A stretch of 38,572 nucleotides of DNA from assembly GCA_000697335.1 (NCBI GenBank), contig JNEM01010983.1, positions 1 through 38,572 on the forward strand. Direction: 5' to 3'. Below are positions 23,110 to 35,645 of the stretch, piece after piece. The notes under the pieces are model-generated. The model did no database searches. It was not told where the DNA came from and saw only the letters and a program-made list of their open reading frames with translations. This stretch comes from Conidiobolus incongruus B7586. Its lineage: Eukaryota. The first letter of the stretch is position 1; every line of letters starts with the position of its first letter. Both the position numbers and the translations under genes were made by a program.

Positions 23110-23350
23110 AAACTTGTCCAAGTCTTGTATAGAGTCAAGAGATCCTTAGGGTGTAAGCTCTAGCACCAATCCTGGAAGATTGGTTCAATTGAATGTTAGA
23201 TAGTTAAGCATTATATTTCTAGTAGTATTAATATCTTGATCCATCTTTATATAATATTGAAGTCATTTGAAAGCCTTGCTTAATCCGAGTTATATATGCA
23301 AATATCCATAATTATCATATATTTTGCTTGTATGATGCTTGTTGCAAATT
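23110..23350 (-). mobile_element. Possible degenerate LTR-retrotransposon integrase (HHCC zinc-binding) relic
   Basis: A minus-strand frame reads SKIYDNYGYLHI*LGLSKAFK*LQYYIKMDQDINTTRNIMLNYLTFN*TNLPGL. This resembles HDxxGHLG..K....L..YY..M..DI......C..C if H>Y, C>Y and C>F point changes are allowed. Pattern recognition only. Confidence 0.3.
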
Positions 23351-25005
23351 ATTATTTTTTACCAGAGATATTCCCTTGTTTAATTAAATAAACTTTGTTT
23401 AAATCTTTAATTAGAATATCCTAATATTGCTTTTGTACTTTTGCTTTTAATGAATTTATTGACTTATTTCGCCATCTTTTGAGGCTTAAATTCAAGAAAC
23501 AAAATAATATAATATTATTTAATCTTCAATTAGGTGAATATGTTGTGTAGCTTATAATGTTTTAAATCTCCTTTTAATTATTCTAACTAATTTTATCGTT
23601 TGATATTTTTTATTGCTGATTGATTTCGAGACTGATTTGCTTTATAGCTTTTTGTCAATACAATAAAAACAATATATTCTCTTAATTTTCCCTTATTCAA
23701 TAAACAAAATAACAAGAGAGTAACTTGTTATAAAAGTCAGTAAATTAAGATGAAGGACTGGAGTTTTTATTGAATTGTAATATACTTGAGAGCATAGTGA
23801 TAATTTTTTAACTTTCAATAGCATTAAAATACAAAGATAGAATTCATTAGTTGTAATAATAGTGATAATAAGAAATTATCAATATTAAATATATTGGTAA
23901 AGGAAGTGACTATTTACCAGGATTAATTTAATATATATATATATATATATTCAAACTTAAATTAATTATATTAATAAAAAATCACCATGTTTATTTAAAA
24001 GTTATAAAGAAAGTGAAGATAAATTTATTAAACTTATATTGAGTATATAAACTTAATCAAAAAATATTAACTTAAAATATAATATTAAAGTTCTAAGTAT
24101 TCAATAAATGAATGTAATAACTTAAGAATCTCTGACTTAATCAAATTTGAATGGAATGTAATTGAACAATATAAAATAAATTAAATTAAAATCATATATG
24201 TCATATTTGACATTTACAATTTTAAAATATTATCCAAGTATCTGTGCTGCAAGTGATAGTTTATCTAGGCCTTGTTTAAATATTGATAGGCATGCTCAGG
24301 CTAGTGGAAATTTTGGGAACAGGTGAATAAGAAAATGATCATTATAATTATAATTAGAATATTTTGTAATTTTGTAATTATTAAATCAAAAATAATATAT
24401 TTTCCAAGTTTGCTCCAACCCATGTAGTTGTGTAAGTTGGCTTTGAAAAAATACCCCTCATATCAATAATTTCCTTTAGTTATTTTCAAAATACAATATT
24501 ATAACAAGTATATAATTTGTATAAAAGGTTCAGTAGAGTTATCACTTAAATATATTTCAAAGTTGACTTGAAAATTAGATATTGTATGATATTTTAAAGG
24601 TTAATCAAGGAAATAGTATGCATATTATTTAGTTTGATCGATCAAATGATATCATTCTTCATTCTTTTTTTAACATAAATATGAATTCCAATTAATAATA
24701 GCACTAGATATAGAAAAATAATAAATTTGAATACTTAAATAAGAAAAATTGATGAGAATGACTACTTAAGGTAATCAATAATTTTGAACTTTAATATCCC
24801 ATAAAACCTTAAATATTAAAATTAGTATAAATGTCAATGTTTGTGATACAAATTAAAAATCATTCAAATCCAAAATATAAGTCAAATTTAAGAAATAAAC
24901 ATATTGAAAAGTCAACTAACCAATTAATCCAAGAAATTAATTGGTAGCTTTATAAATAATATCTATATTTTGAGAATAAATTTTTGAATTTGAAAATTAA
25001 AAAAT

Positions 25006-27219
25006 ATGACCAATAGCTCAAGTGTGGATACGCAACAGTTATTGAGCACGATAACTCAAAATTTAGAGGGTTTAGACTCCACCGTCATTGAATATATATC
25101 GGGGTATTTGGAGGATGAAAATAATTTGAATTTAGATGAAGATGGGTCCGAATTCGTCAATAATTTCGTTCGTCCTCTTCTCGAAGAGACCTTAGACGAG
25201 TCGGAAGCTGGTAAAATTGACTCTTTATGTCAAAAGCTCAGCGAAATGTTCGTTGATGCTCAAATGAAGGAGCTTGGTATGGAGCCTAAGCAGTTGGATC
25301 AAGTTATTCTCATGAAAAATCAAAAGGCCCAGTCTGCTACCGCCAGTATTGGTGTATCTTCCATTGATTTGGATTCTACTGCTCGTCGTAAGGGTATTTC
25401 CACTGTGGATACTCAGAAATTGGCTAAGGCTGAAGCTAAGATTGAAGAAAAGAGAATTAAGCGTGATAGAAAGGTCAACTATGAGGCTTCTAAGCTTATC
25501 AACAAAGTTGAGAACAATGAATTGGAAATCCTTCAAGTCAACCCCATTATGGATTACACTCTCAATCGTGGCAAATCCAAGGATATTAAAGTTGAAAACT
25601 TTGATATTTCATTCGCTGGTAAGCGTATCCTGACTAACGCCAGTATCACTCTTGCTTACGGTAGAAGATACGGTTTGATTGGTAGAAACGGTATTGGTAA
25701 ATCCACTTTATTGAGACACATTTCACGTAGGGAACTCAACATTCCTACTCATATCAGTATTCTTCATGTTGAGCAAGAAATGGCTGGTGATGATACTCCC
25801 GCCCTTAGATCCGTTCTCAAGGCTGATATATGGAGAGAACACTTGTTGAACGAAGAAGCAACTAACACCAAGCGCATTCAAGAAATTGAAGCCATGGGCA
25901 CCGCTTCTTTAAGTCCCGAAGAGCTCAAAGCTCTTAACGAAGAAAAGGATCAAATCAACTCCAAGTTGAAGGAAGTATATGCCAAACTCGAAGAAATTGA
26001 ATCTGACAAGGCCGAATCTCGTGCTGCTTCCATTCTTAGTGGTCTTGGGTTCTCTCAAGATCAATTGCACAATGCCACCAAGACTTTCTCTGGTGGTTGG
26101 AGAATGCGTCTCTCTTTGGCCCGTGCCCTCTTCTGCAAGCCTGACTTGTTACTCCTTGACGAACCTACTAACATGTTGGATATTCCAGCTGTCATGTGGT
26201 TAGAAAATTATCTTGAACAATGGCCCAGCACTTTGTTCGTAGTCTCTCACGATCGTGAATTCTTAGACTCTGTAGCTACTGATATCATCCACCAACACTC
26301 CGAAAGGTTGGATCACTATAAGGGCAACTTCTCCAACTTCTACGCTACCCGAGAAGAGCGTAGAAAGAACCAGCTCAAAGAATACGAGAACCAAATGGAA
26401 CAACGCAAGCACTTGCAATCCTTCATTGATCGCTGGAGATATAATGCCAACAGGGCCGCTCAAGCTCAGATGAAGATCAAAATCCTTGAAAAGATGCCCA
26501 TTTTAGAAAAGCCTGAAGATGAAAATATTGTCACTTTCCGTTTTCCTGATCCCGACTCCATCAGTCCTCCTATCCTTCAGATGAGTGGTGTTGACTTTGG
26601 ATACACTCCTGACAAGTTGGAATTGAAGAATGTTGATTTAGATTTGCAATTGGACTCTCGCATTGCTGTTGTAGGTCCTAACGGTGCTGGTAAATCCACT
26701 ATGCTCAAATTGCTCACTGGTAAGCTTGAGCCCAAGGCTGGTATGGTCCATCGTCATGGTAGACTCAGATTTGCCATGTTTACACAACATCACGTCGACC
26801 AATTGGACTTGGACATGAGTCCCGTATCCTACATGGCATCCAAATGGCCAGGCAAATCGGAGGAAGAATACCGTCGTCAGTTGGGTGCCTTCGGCATTAC
26901 AGGTATGGTAGGTCTCCAGCCCATCCGTACACTTTCTGGAGGTCAAAAATCCAGAGTCGCATTCGCTTGCATGGGTCTTCTCAATCCCCATATCCTCGTA
27001 CTTGACGAACCTACCAATCACTTGGACATGGAATCGATGGATGCTTTAATCAAAGCCATTCAAAACTTCAAGGGTGGTGTCGTCGTAGTCAGTCACGACG
27101 AGCGCTTCATCAACTCAGTGGCCACACACTTATGGATCTGTGACAATAAGACAGTAACCAAATTTAAGGGCAATATCAAGGACTATAAACAGAAACTCTT
27201 AGCCGAACAAAAAGTCTAA
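25006..27219 (+). CDS. GCN20: ABC-F family translation factor ABCF3 / Gcn20, 737 aa, intronless
   Basis: Two ABC domains (GRNGIGKST / FSGGWRMR / LLLLDEPTN and GPNGAGKST / LSGGQKSRV / LVLDEPTNHLD), no TM segments, linker HLQSFIDRWRYNANRAAQAQMKIK and an N-terminal Gcn20-type extension. Confidence 0.95.
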   Translation: MTNSSSVDTQQLLSTITQNLEGLDSTVIEYISGYLEDENNLNLDEDGSEFVNNFVRPLLEETLDESEAGKIDSLCQKLSEMFVDAQMKELGMEPKQLDQVILMKNQKAQSATASIGVSSIDLDSTARRKGISTVDTQKLAKAEAKIEEKRIKRDRKVNYEASKLINKVENNELEILQVNPIMDYTLNRGKSKDIKVENFDISFAGKRILTNASITLAYGRRYGLIGRNGIGKSTLLRHISRRELNIPTHISILHVEQEMAGDDTPALRSVLKADIWREHLLNEEATNTKRIQEIEAMGTASLSPEELKALNEEKDQINSKLKEVYAKLEEIESDKAESRAASILSGLGFSQDQLHNATKTFSGGWRMRLSLARALFCKPDLLLLDEPTNMLDIPAVMWLENYLEQWPSTLFVVSHDREFLDSVATDIIHQHSERLDHYKGNFSNFYATREERRKNQLKEYENQMEQRKHLQSFIDRWRYNANRAAQAQMKIKILEKMPILEKPEDENIVTFRFPDPDSISPPILQMSGVDFGYTPDKLELKNVDLDLQLDSRIAVVGPNGAGKSTMLKLLTGKLEPKAGMVHRHGRLRFAMFTQHHVDQLDLDMSPVSYMASKWPGKSEEEYRRQLGAFGITGMVGLQPIRTLSGGQKSRVAFACMGLLNPHILVLDEPTNHLDMESMDALIKAIQNFKGGVVVVSHDERFINSVATHLWICDNKTVTKFKGNIKDYKQKLLAEQKV

Positions 27220-30179
27220 TTTCGATAAATACATAGAGTTGTTATTCACTCATATTCATTAATTTCATTTGATATTTTGTGTTAAAATTGAATTAATAAA
27301 ATTTTTAAATTTTAATTGTATTAATACCTGTATTCATTTTCATTGATATCCAAATCCTTTTATCTTATGGTCTTAACCTAACAATGATTAGTCCAGTTTA
27401 TGTTCTAAATATCTTTGATCATTTAAAAATATTCAAACTACATACTATCAGCTACATTATTATAGAATTAAGATAGTATCGATGCGATAGTATTTATATT
27501 CAAAGATATCAATGAAAAAATCACTCTATTTTGTCCAATTAAAAACTATTGTCATAAATTGTCAAGTATCATTTTATTAATTTTTGGAGTCATCTTGTTA
27601 ATAGATTCGAATTCTATTAAATTTTGAAATGATGATATATATGATATTAATTTTTCAATGTATATTATTTTGAAAATTAATTAAAAAATTAATTGATCTC
27701 AAATTTAAAATTTATGAAACTTAAATTATTTTAAATTAATCATCAATTTAAATTATTAATATTAAATAGTTTAGTATAGATAATTTCAAATTTAATAAAG
27801 TGATCAATATGAAATTAAATTATTATTTAATATTATATTTGATACAGAGAAATATAGTTAAACCAATTAAAGATTTCAAAACATTGAAATTTTCTAAATG
27901 ATTAAATTAACCTTTTGAAATATAACTTTACAAGGTAAAAGAAATTAATCCAAGTTATTAAATGATTTATATACTGTTAGTTTGAAAAGGGTTCAATTGA
28001 TTGATATATTAGTATTTAATATCATATAATTATTACTAATGATAATTTTCATTAAAATATTGATTATTGGGATATGCTACACAATTTCCTCAATTATTTT
28101 GAATGTTTTAAACGAATTAATTCTTTATGCGTAATTCAATTGTAGAGAAAAGAAGTTTTTTGATTTATTGTGTGATTTCGTAAAGTAATTATAATAATAT
28201 AAGACTTATGAAAAATTAGATATATCTATTACACGATTTCATTATAGTATATTTAATGTTGAATCATCATGATTTTTATAATTACCTAATATGATAATTT
28301 TTTCATTTTGATCCTAATAATTTGCATAATACATTTTTTATTATAAATTAAATTTTGCATTCAAAATTATTGATTAGTTTCAGTTTAATTGAATTTTTAT
28401 ACTTGATGATATTCTTTTAAATAATATTCAAATTGAATAATTTTATTCCAAGTAGATTAATATTTTGTTTATATTATTTTATATCTATGATGTTGTCTTG
28501 AATATTTCGAAACAGTGGGGTCGTCAATAACACAACGTTTGGTATCATTGTTAGACAAAAGAAGTAATATATCATTTGCTTTACTATTTTTTGAAAGTTT
28601 ACCTGATATAACAACTATGTTTGATATAATTCACCGAATTGACAATTTATACTTTTAAACTTTATTCTGTACAAAATTGTATACTGTTGGATATTTTATT
28701 TTGGGATAAATATTAGAAATAATCAATGTCATTTTAAATGCTTTGAATCTTTACTAGATTTTGAAATCGTATGGAACTACAAAGTGTAAGTATAAACATT
28801 GTTAAGTACCCTGTATTAATCAAATGAATTGATTAAGTTATTGAATAATTATTGATAATCATAATATTTTAATTGTAATATCTACAAAATTCTATTAAAA
28901 AGGTGTAGCATTTCATTGAATTTGTTTTTTGAATGACATCAGAGATCTCCTTAATATTCGATAGTTCAGAATCAGTTTTTCAAGTTGATGAGATTGGGAA
29001 TCAGGCTAAAGTCAGGGGCATTTTTACTTGATCATAATCAAGTGTCTATAAGCTAATATTGGGTTATTAATATTAATATGAATTAAATTAGCCTTTTCAA
29101 AAGATTTTTTGAACTAGAATCGTGATAAAATATTCTAGTATTTATATGCTTCACAAGTATATTCATATTATTAACACACCATTTTTGAAAGATGATTTTG
29201 AACACTTGTCGCTAATTATGAGGTAATTAATTTTAAGCATTAAATTATATAATATATGGCCAAAATAGTTTTTTAATATATGTTTAAATGATGATTGGTT
29301 AAGTATCTAATTAATATTAAAACAAATTACATATTTTTTATTAATAAAAACCCATTGTTCTAAGATCAAATAAAAATTATATAAAATATTGGATTAAATA
29401 ATGTGTTAATATTATACCAATAGGTTTATATATATATTTATTTTTAATCATTTTTACCTATAAGATACCCTATAAATATGAATCCTAATTCTGAAACCAA
29501 TTTGGGTTTGACGAATTTGAATTTTTAAATAAATAGTTTTGACAGTAATTTCTGTGGATTTTTCATAGTTTTATGAGCTGAATTTTAAATTGAGAACCGA
29601 ATCTTTCTAAGTGTTTGAAATTATCTAAAGAATACTGTTTTAAATAATTTAATATGTTGAAAGCAGTATTAGTTGTATAAATAATACTAAATATTTTCAA
29701 AATTCTATTCAAATTGTATATTAATAAATTTTATACATAATTTTAAACTAAAGTATGCAGCATTTAAACTATGCATTTTAAAGAAAAATTGGAAATTAGT
29801 AAAGTCAAATGATTAATGGATAGGGATAAGATTAATGGGAAAAATTCTGATATTTGTTTGTTCATTCAAATTCACTTGTCTAATCATACTAAAATATCAA
29901 AATACCAGTCATAAAAGTATCCAAGTAAACTCTTTTGATTTATTAGACACTAATCCAACTCCATCTCCATTGTGAATACTTCATATCACCATACTTATTT
30001 GTATATTTAATTTAAGCTCTGTTTAATATTACCAGCGCAATTCAGCTGTCAGCCTATTATTTAAGTAATCAAGTAACTATATTCTTCTCAATACTTTCTC
30101 CACTTGTTTATTCCTCAATTTTAGCTAATTTTTATACCTTTCTGTATCCAAAGTGAAACGTAGTCAAGTACCTGAAGAT

Positions 30180-32817
30180 ATGAAAAGTTTTCGTAATAAA
30201 GTTAGTTTTGTTATGCATTTCAACATCATTTATTTGACAATTGGTTCTTATTTTTCTAGTTGTTACGATCAAAAAACTCTTCTGACAGTCCACCCAGGAC
30301 GCCAACTAATGCGAGTAATACTTCCGTCGCTTCAAACGAACCCAACCGTCCTGATGCCGAAGTCATATTAACGTCACCGTTACAAAATTCCACAGGGGGT
30401 AATTTTGAAACTAATATCCATTATCCTGAAGATTTAACTTATAATCCAGATTCTGCTGTATATAACAAATATAATAATTTGTGATTCTATATATTAATCA
30501 AATTTCACTTTAGAGAGGCTCAGATCTCAATCAACATTTAGATTTAGCTGACCAAGTAGTACGTAATAACGCTATTAATCGCTTTTTAAACTCTTCTAAA
30601 GATTCTCAAACCATTAAAACTGGTAAGAAAAATAGAAATTCAAGATTGTATGCGAGTGAGCAGAGGGATCTCGTCCGACTTCCTGATCTTAAAGGTAACT
30701 ATTTTAAGTTTTACATATTTCAATCTTTTATTTATATGTGTTTAGGAGTACCTGAAAATGAACGACCAAGTTTACTCTTACAAAAGTTTGACCAATGTTG
30801 TGTAGTATTTGACTTTCGTGATGCGGAATCTGACAGAGAAGGAAAAGAAATTAAGCGATTAGCACTTATTGAATTGGTAGAATACGTCAGTACTACTCGA
30901 GGAATCATTACTGAAGAAGTATATCCTGCAGTTTTCAAAATGGTAATTTTACTAGATAATATTCTCACTCCTAAAGTATTCTAATTGGGTTTAGTTTGCT
31001 TCCAATTTATTCCGCTCAATCCCACCTCAGCCTCATTCCACTTTAGATTCTTACGATCCTGAGGAAGACGAAATCACTCTGGAGTGTGGCTGGCCTCATC
31101 TACAGATCGTTTACGAATTCTTCCTAAGATTTTGCGAGTCTCCAGACTTTAACCCCAATATTGCTAGAAAATACGTCGACCAAAACTTTATTCTTCAGGT
31201 AAAAAGTTGACTTTATATTTATTTTATTTATTGGTAAGCTAATACATGATATAACCATTAATATTATAGTTACTCGAGTTATTTGACAGTGAAGATCCCA
31301 GAGAAAGAGACTATTTAAAAACTACTTTACATAGGATTTATGGAAAATTTTTACATCTTAGAGCTTATATTAGACGATCTATTAACAATATATTCTATCG
31401 TTTTATTTATGAAAATGAAAGACATTGCGGTATCGCTGAACTTTTAGAAATTCTTGGAAGGTTAGTTAAACTCTTGAAATTATAGTCTATCAATTTTATT
31501 AATTGGTTTTTTTAAAGTATTATCAATGGGTTTGCTCTACCTCTCAAAGAAGAACACAAACAGTTCCTCCTCAAAGTTTTAGTCCCCCTTCATAAGCCTA
31601 GATCTTTAGGTTCTTACCACCCTCAGCTCGCTTACTGTGTGGTTCAATTCCTAGAAAAAGATTCAAGTTTGACTGAAGAGGTGATTAATGGATTGTTGAA
31701 ATACTGGCCCAAGGTCAACAGTCCTAAAGAGGTGATGTTCTTGAATGAAATTGAAGAAATTTTAGATGTTGTCGAACCCGAAATATTTCCAAAAATTCAA
31801 GTTCCCCTCTTTATGCAAATTTCTAAATGTGTCTCGAGCCCACACTTTCAGGTAAATTCATTTCATTTTAATAGTTTCACAATGATCATTAAATACATTT
31901 GTTAAGGTTGCTGAACGTGCTCTATTTTATTGGAACAACGAATACATAGTTAATCTTATGTCTGAAAATACGGCAGTTATCCTTCCCATTATGTTTGCTT
32001 CTCTATACAAAAACTCTAAAATGCATTGGAATAGGTATTTGTATTAATGAAATTTATTTCAGATTTAGTAAATGTCTAACATTATATATTTAGAACTATC
32101 CATGGACTCGTTTATAACGCTCTAAAAATTTTCATGGATATGAATCCCACTCTTTTTGATGAATGCGTTAGTCAATTCAAAATCAATCGTAAACTGTAAT
32201 ATTACAAATTAGTATAAGGTCGTTATATTGATCTGATTAATTTTTCAATTTTTAGAGAAGCTAAACGACAAGAGAATAGAGAAAAGTTTTGGGCTAATAT
32301 AGAACAACAAGCTCAAAGGAATGCCAAGAACTTGGGAACTCAGACGGATGCCATCTCTCAACCATCGAGTTCTAGTAATATATATTTTTTAATCATCATA
32401 AAATAGTATATCTAATTTTAATATAGTGTTAGTACTTGGAAATACATTGGATTCTTCTAATGCTAACGATTCTGCGATTAACAATGAAGATGCTGAAGAT
32501 ATGGATGTATTTGAATCTGAATTAGTAAACATTTATTTATTATCTAACTTTGAGTCATTTAACTGACCTTTTTCAATTAGACACAAAGCGATCCCAAGCC
32601 ACCCATGAATCTCTTCCGAAGAAAATCCGTATTACCTGTTGATGAAGCAATCCTAGATGAAATATGCCGTCACCATAGACCAGATAATATCATTCCCACC
32701 ATCTCAGATAGCGATGGTAGCGAAAATGGTGACGAGAATCGAGCCGATTCGGACACTGCCATGGACATTGATCCCGAAGACTCTGGCGAAACAAGTTCTC
32801 AAACCAATCCCATTTGA
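30180..32817 (+). CDS. RTS1: Protein phosphatase 2A regulatory subunit B' (B56 / Rts1), ~12 exons: 30180-30200, 30260-30457, 30514-30694, 30746-30942, 30995-31198, 31270-31460, 31519-31851, 31907-32034, 32094-32195, 32256-32374, 32427-32525, 32581-32817 (later boundaries approximate)
   Basis: B56 motifs [29 protein letters not shown]...[78 protein letters not shown] and C-terminal RRKSVLP. Confidence 0.95.
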
Positions 32818-35491
32818 GTCTTAAACCATTTAAATTTAATTGTACTTGCTCAATAATTCAACTACCTGGAGGACTAGTTTAATACTCTGGGAAATTGTCT
32901 TCCTTGATCAATTCAACATTTTTGCCAATTTAGTGCAACCCAGCTTATTCTATTCGATTTTTCAATACTAAAAAACTTATTTTCATTAATATTAACACCA
33001 CATTTAACCTCATTGTTTACCACTTCTATTTCATTACCTATATATTTGTATCCATTGTCATCTTCATTTTAACTGTTTTATTAGTTTTAGATATAGATAA
33101 GGGTTTTAGGATTTGGAATTGTAATAAAGTCACAAGTTTTTTAAACTGTTTAATATTGTTGAATTATAGATACTTTATATAAGGATTAAATTGCCATCAA
33201 AATCAGGATAATTCAAAAATATTGATAAAATTTAAAGTTACATAATTTGTGAGGTTATATTTGTATATTTAACCTGTAAATTATTTCAATAATACAGCTT
33301 CGATATCATCCTAAATTCAATTTGACTGCTATATTCTTTGATTGAATATAAAGCAACATAAATGTGTAAATTATAATGCTTATTAATCATCAATAATAAA
33401 ATCTACTAAATATGATTGTAATAAGAATATGAAAGGTTCAGAATTGATATCCTCAATTTGAAATCTAAGGATTTGTATTAAAAATTGATTATATATTAAT
33501 TAACATTTGAATACAACTGATCAAATTATAGTATTTCAATAAAAACGCATTTCCTATGTATCTAAAGGCTTATCATTATAGTATATATACAATATAATGT
33601 TCATTGAATCAATTCTTTCTTTGTAAACTTCATCATATTTTAATTTTTTTCTTCCATAATTTCATTTCAACAATGCTAAATAAAAAGATTATCAATTTCA
33701 TATACTTCCATAATAATTCTTGAGAATTAACAGATTATGTAATATAAATTATTAATCAATCTAATATATTATAATATATATGTAATATCTCATTGGAGTT
33801 ATTTATTGAAAAACCTAAAAAAAATATTGATGTTAATTTTCAAAAGTAAATGAAAAATTTTCCTTTTATGGATTCATCCTTTTCAAAAATAAAATTTATT
33901 TTTTTATAAAAAATTGCTTTTTAATCTTATTTATTAAAATATTAAGTTGTAATATAATCATTTTATTTTTTATTTATTAATAAAATCAAACTTTTAATGA
34001 TTCATTTTTATCAAATATAGAAAATGAATAATTATCCTTATTTTATAATACAATTGTTAATTTTAAAAATTTTTTGAGTAATATAGTGAATAATAACTTT
34101 TTAATCCTTACCAATAGAAATAATTTACATTATATTCAATTTGTAATTATTTTTATAATTTATACATAATGATAAGAATTTTAAGATATCCTTGGGGAGT
34201 TTCTGATATATTCCATTATAATATATCAATATTTGAAATGTTAAAGTTGAATACTAAATAAAATATTCGTGTAGTTTTATTGTTTGATTTCTTAGTTATT
34301 ATCAAATAAGTTCCAAAAGGTTAACACAAATCATTTTGAGTATATTCATTAAATTTAGAGATATTAAAATTGGTTAGTTGAATAATAAGTTAATATATCG
34401 AACACACAATATAACTATATCAAAAATAATTATATTAAAATTAAATTTTATTTCTATGCTGTAATTTTTATTTTAAAAATATTTCAATTATATTAAATAA
34501 TCTATAACATCTTACTATTGTATTAAATATCAATTGATATATTTTAATAATTGAATAAGGATATTAAGTTTAAAAATATTTTCATTTGATTTAGTACCTA
34601 TTAAATATTTAATTAATTTAGCATATTTTCTTTTTATTCTCTGATTTTATAATTTTTATTTTTTAAATTTGGTATATTTCCAAATTTAGAAATTGTCAAA
34701 TTTCACATTGATTAAAATTTGCATAAATTAATCCAAAATCTTTTATAAAAAAATTAATTTAGCATAAGTTTAATTAGGCATAAATCTATTAATTAGTATA
34801 TATTAGTTAATCTATTTTTAAATTATTGAAAAAGTTTTACGCTTTCAAGGACGTAATATCAGTTTATCTACTGAAATTTGATATAAATATGAATAAATTG
34901 TATCTTTATATTTTCAACATAATTTATCTGTGTTAGTTACTTTATATATATTAATATAATTATTATAGTTATTGAAATTTATTATTTTTGTTAAATTACT
35001 AAAATATGATTTTATAAATGTATGCGACCAGTTAATAAAATTAAGTATTATCAAAATTAGTTTGAAATAATTTTAATATTATCATAATCAATATGCATAT
35101 TTTTGTAATTTAATCTCGGTTTCATTCTTTAAATTATCTTAATCACTGTATCTAGTTTATTCTTGACTTGGGTGTAATTTGATACCTAGGTCAAGTTAAT
35201 AAACAGAAATTTAAATATCATTGATTATTTTATTCAAAATAGCATATAATATTTAAGCTTTGACTTTAGAACAGTATATCATTAATTAGTAAACTTAAAT
35301 AGAATTTTCATATGAGATGGAAGCGGGTGGATAGTATTGCTGTACTACAATTAAAAAGAAAAAAGTGTGAAAATACTTGATTTTGAGAATTGATAGAAGA
35401 TATCTTAGCCAATCAATATTGAAAATGAATCTTAATTTTACAACCCCTTAAATAAATTTGATGGAATTCTAAAAATATCGAGTGATTGATA

Positions 35492-35565
35492 TATAATTTG
35501 ACCAATTGACGTTGCTGGTATAAATTGAAGAAATATTTCTTTGGGTTTCTAGAAGCTTTCTTATT
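35492..35565 (+). promoter_or_regulatory. Promoter block shared by both Ctr copies (counterpart ~38012-38085), containing GACCAAT, TTGCTGG and TATAAA
   Basis: TTGACCAATTGA(C/T)GTTGCTGGTATAAATT and GTTTCTAGAAG occur upstream of both ATGs, while the surrounding DNA is diverged. Confidence 0.6.
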
Positions 35566-35645
35566 GTATTTTCTTTTTCGTATTTTTTAAGTTTTTGTAA
35601 ATTTTTGGAAAGCCGATTTCAAATATTGGTGTTTATTAATTAGTT

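Noticed and set aside
25225..27021. Short ORFs overlapping GCN20 on both strands
   Set aside because: By-products of codon bias in a long real ORF.
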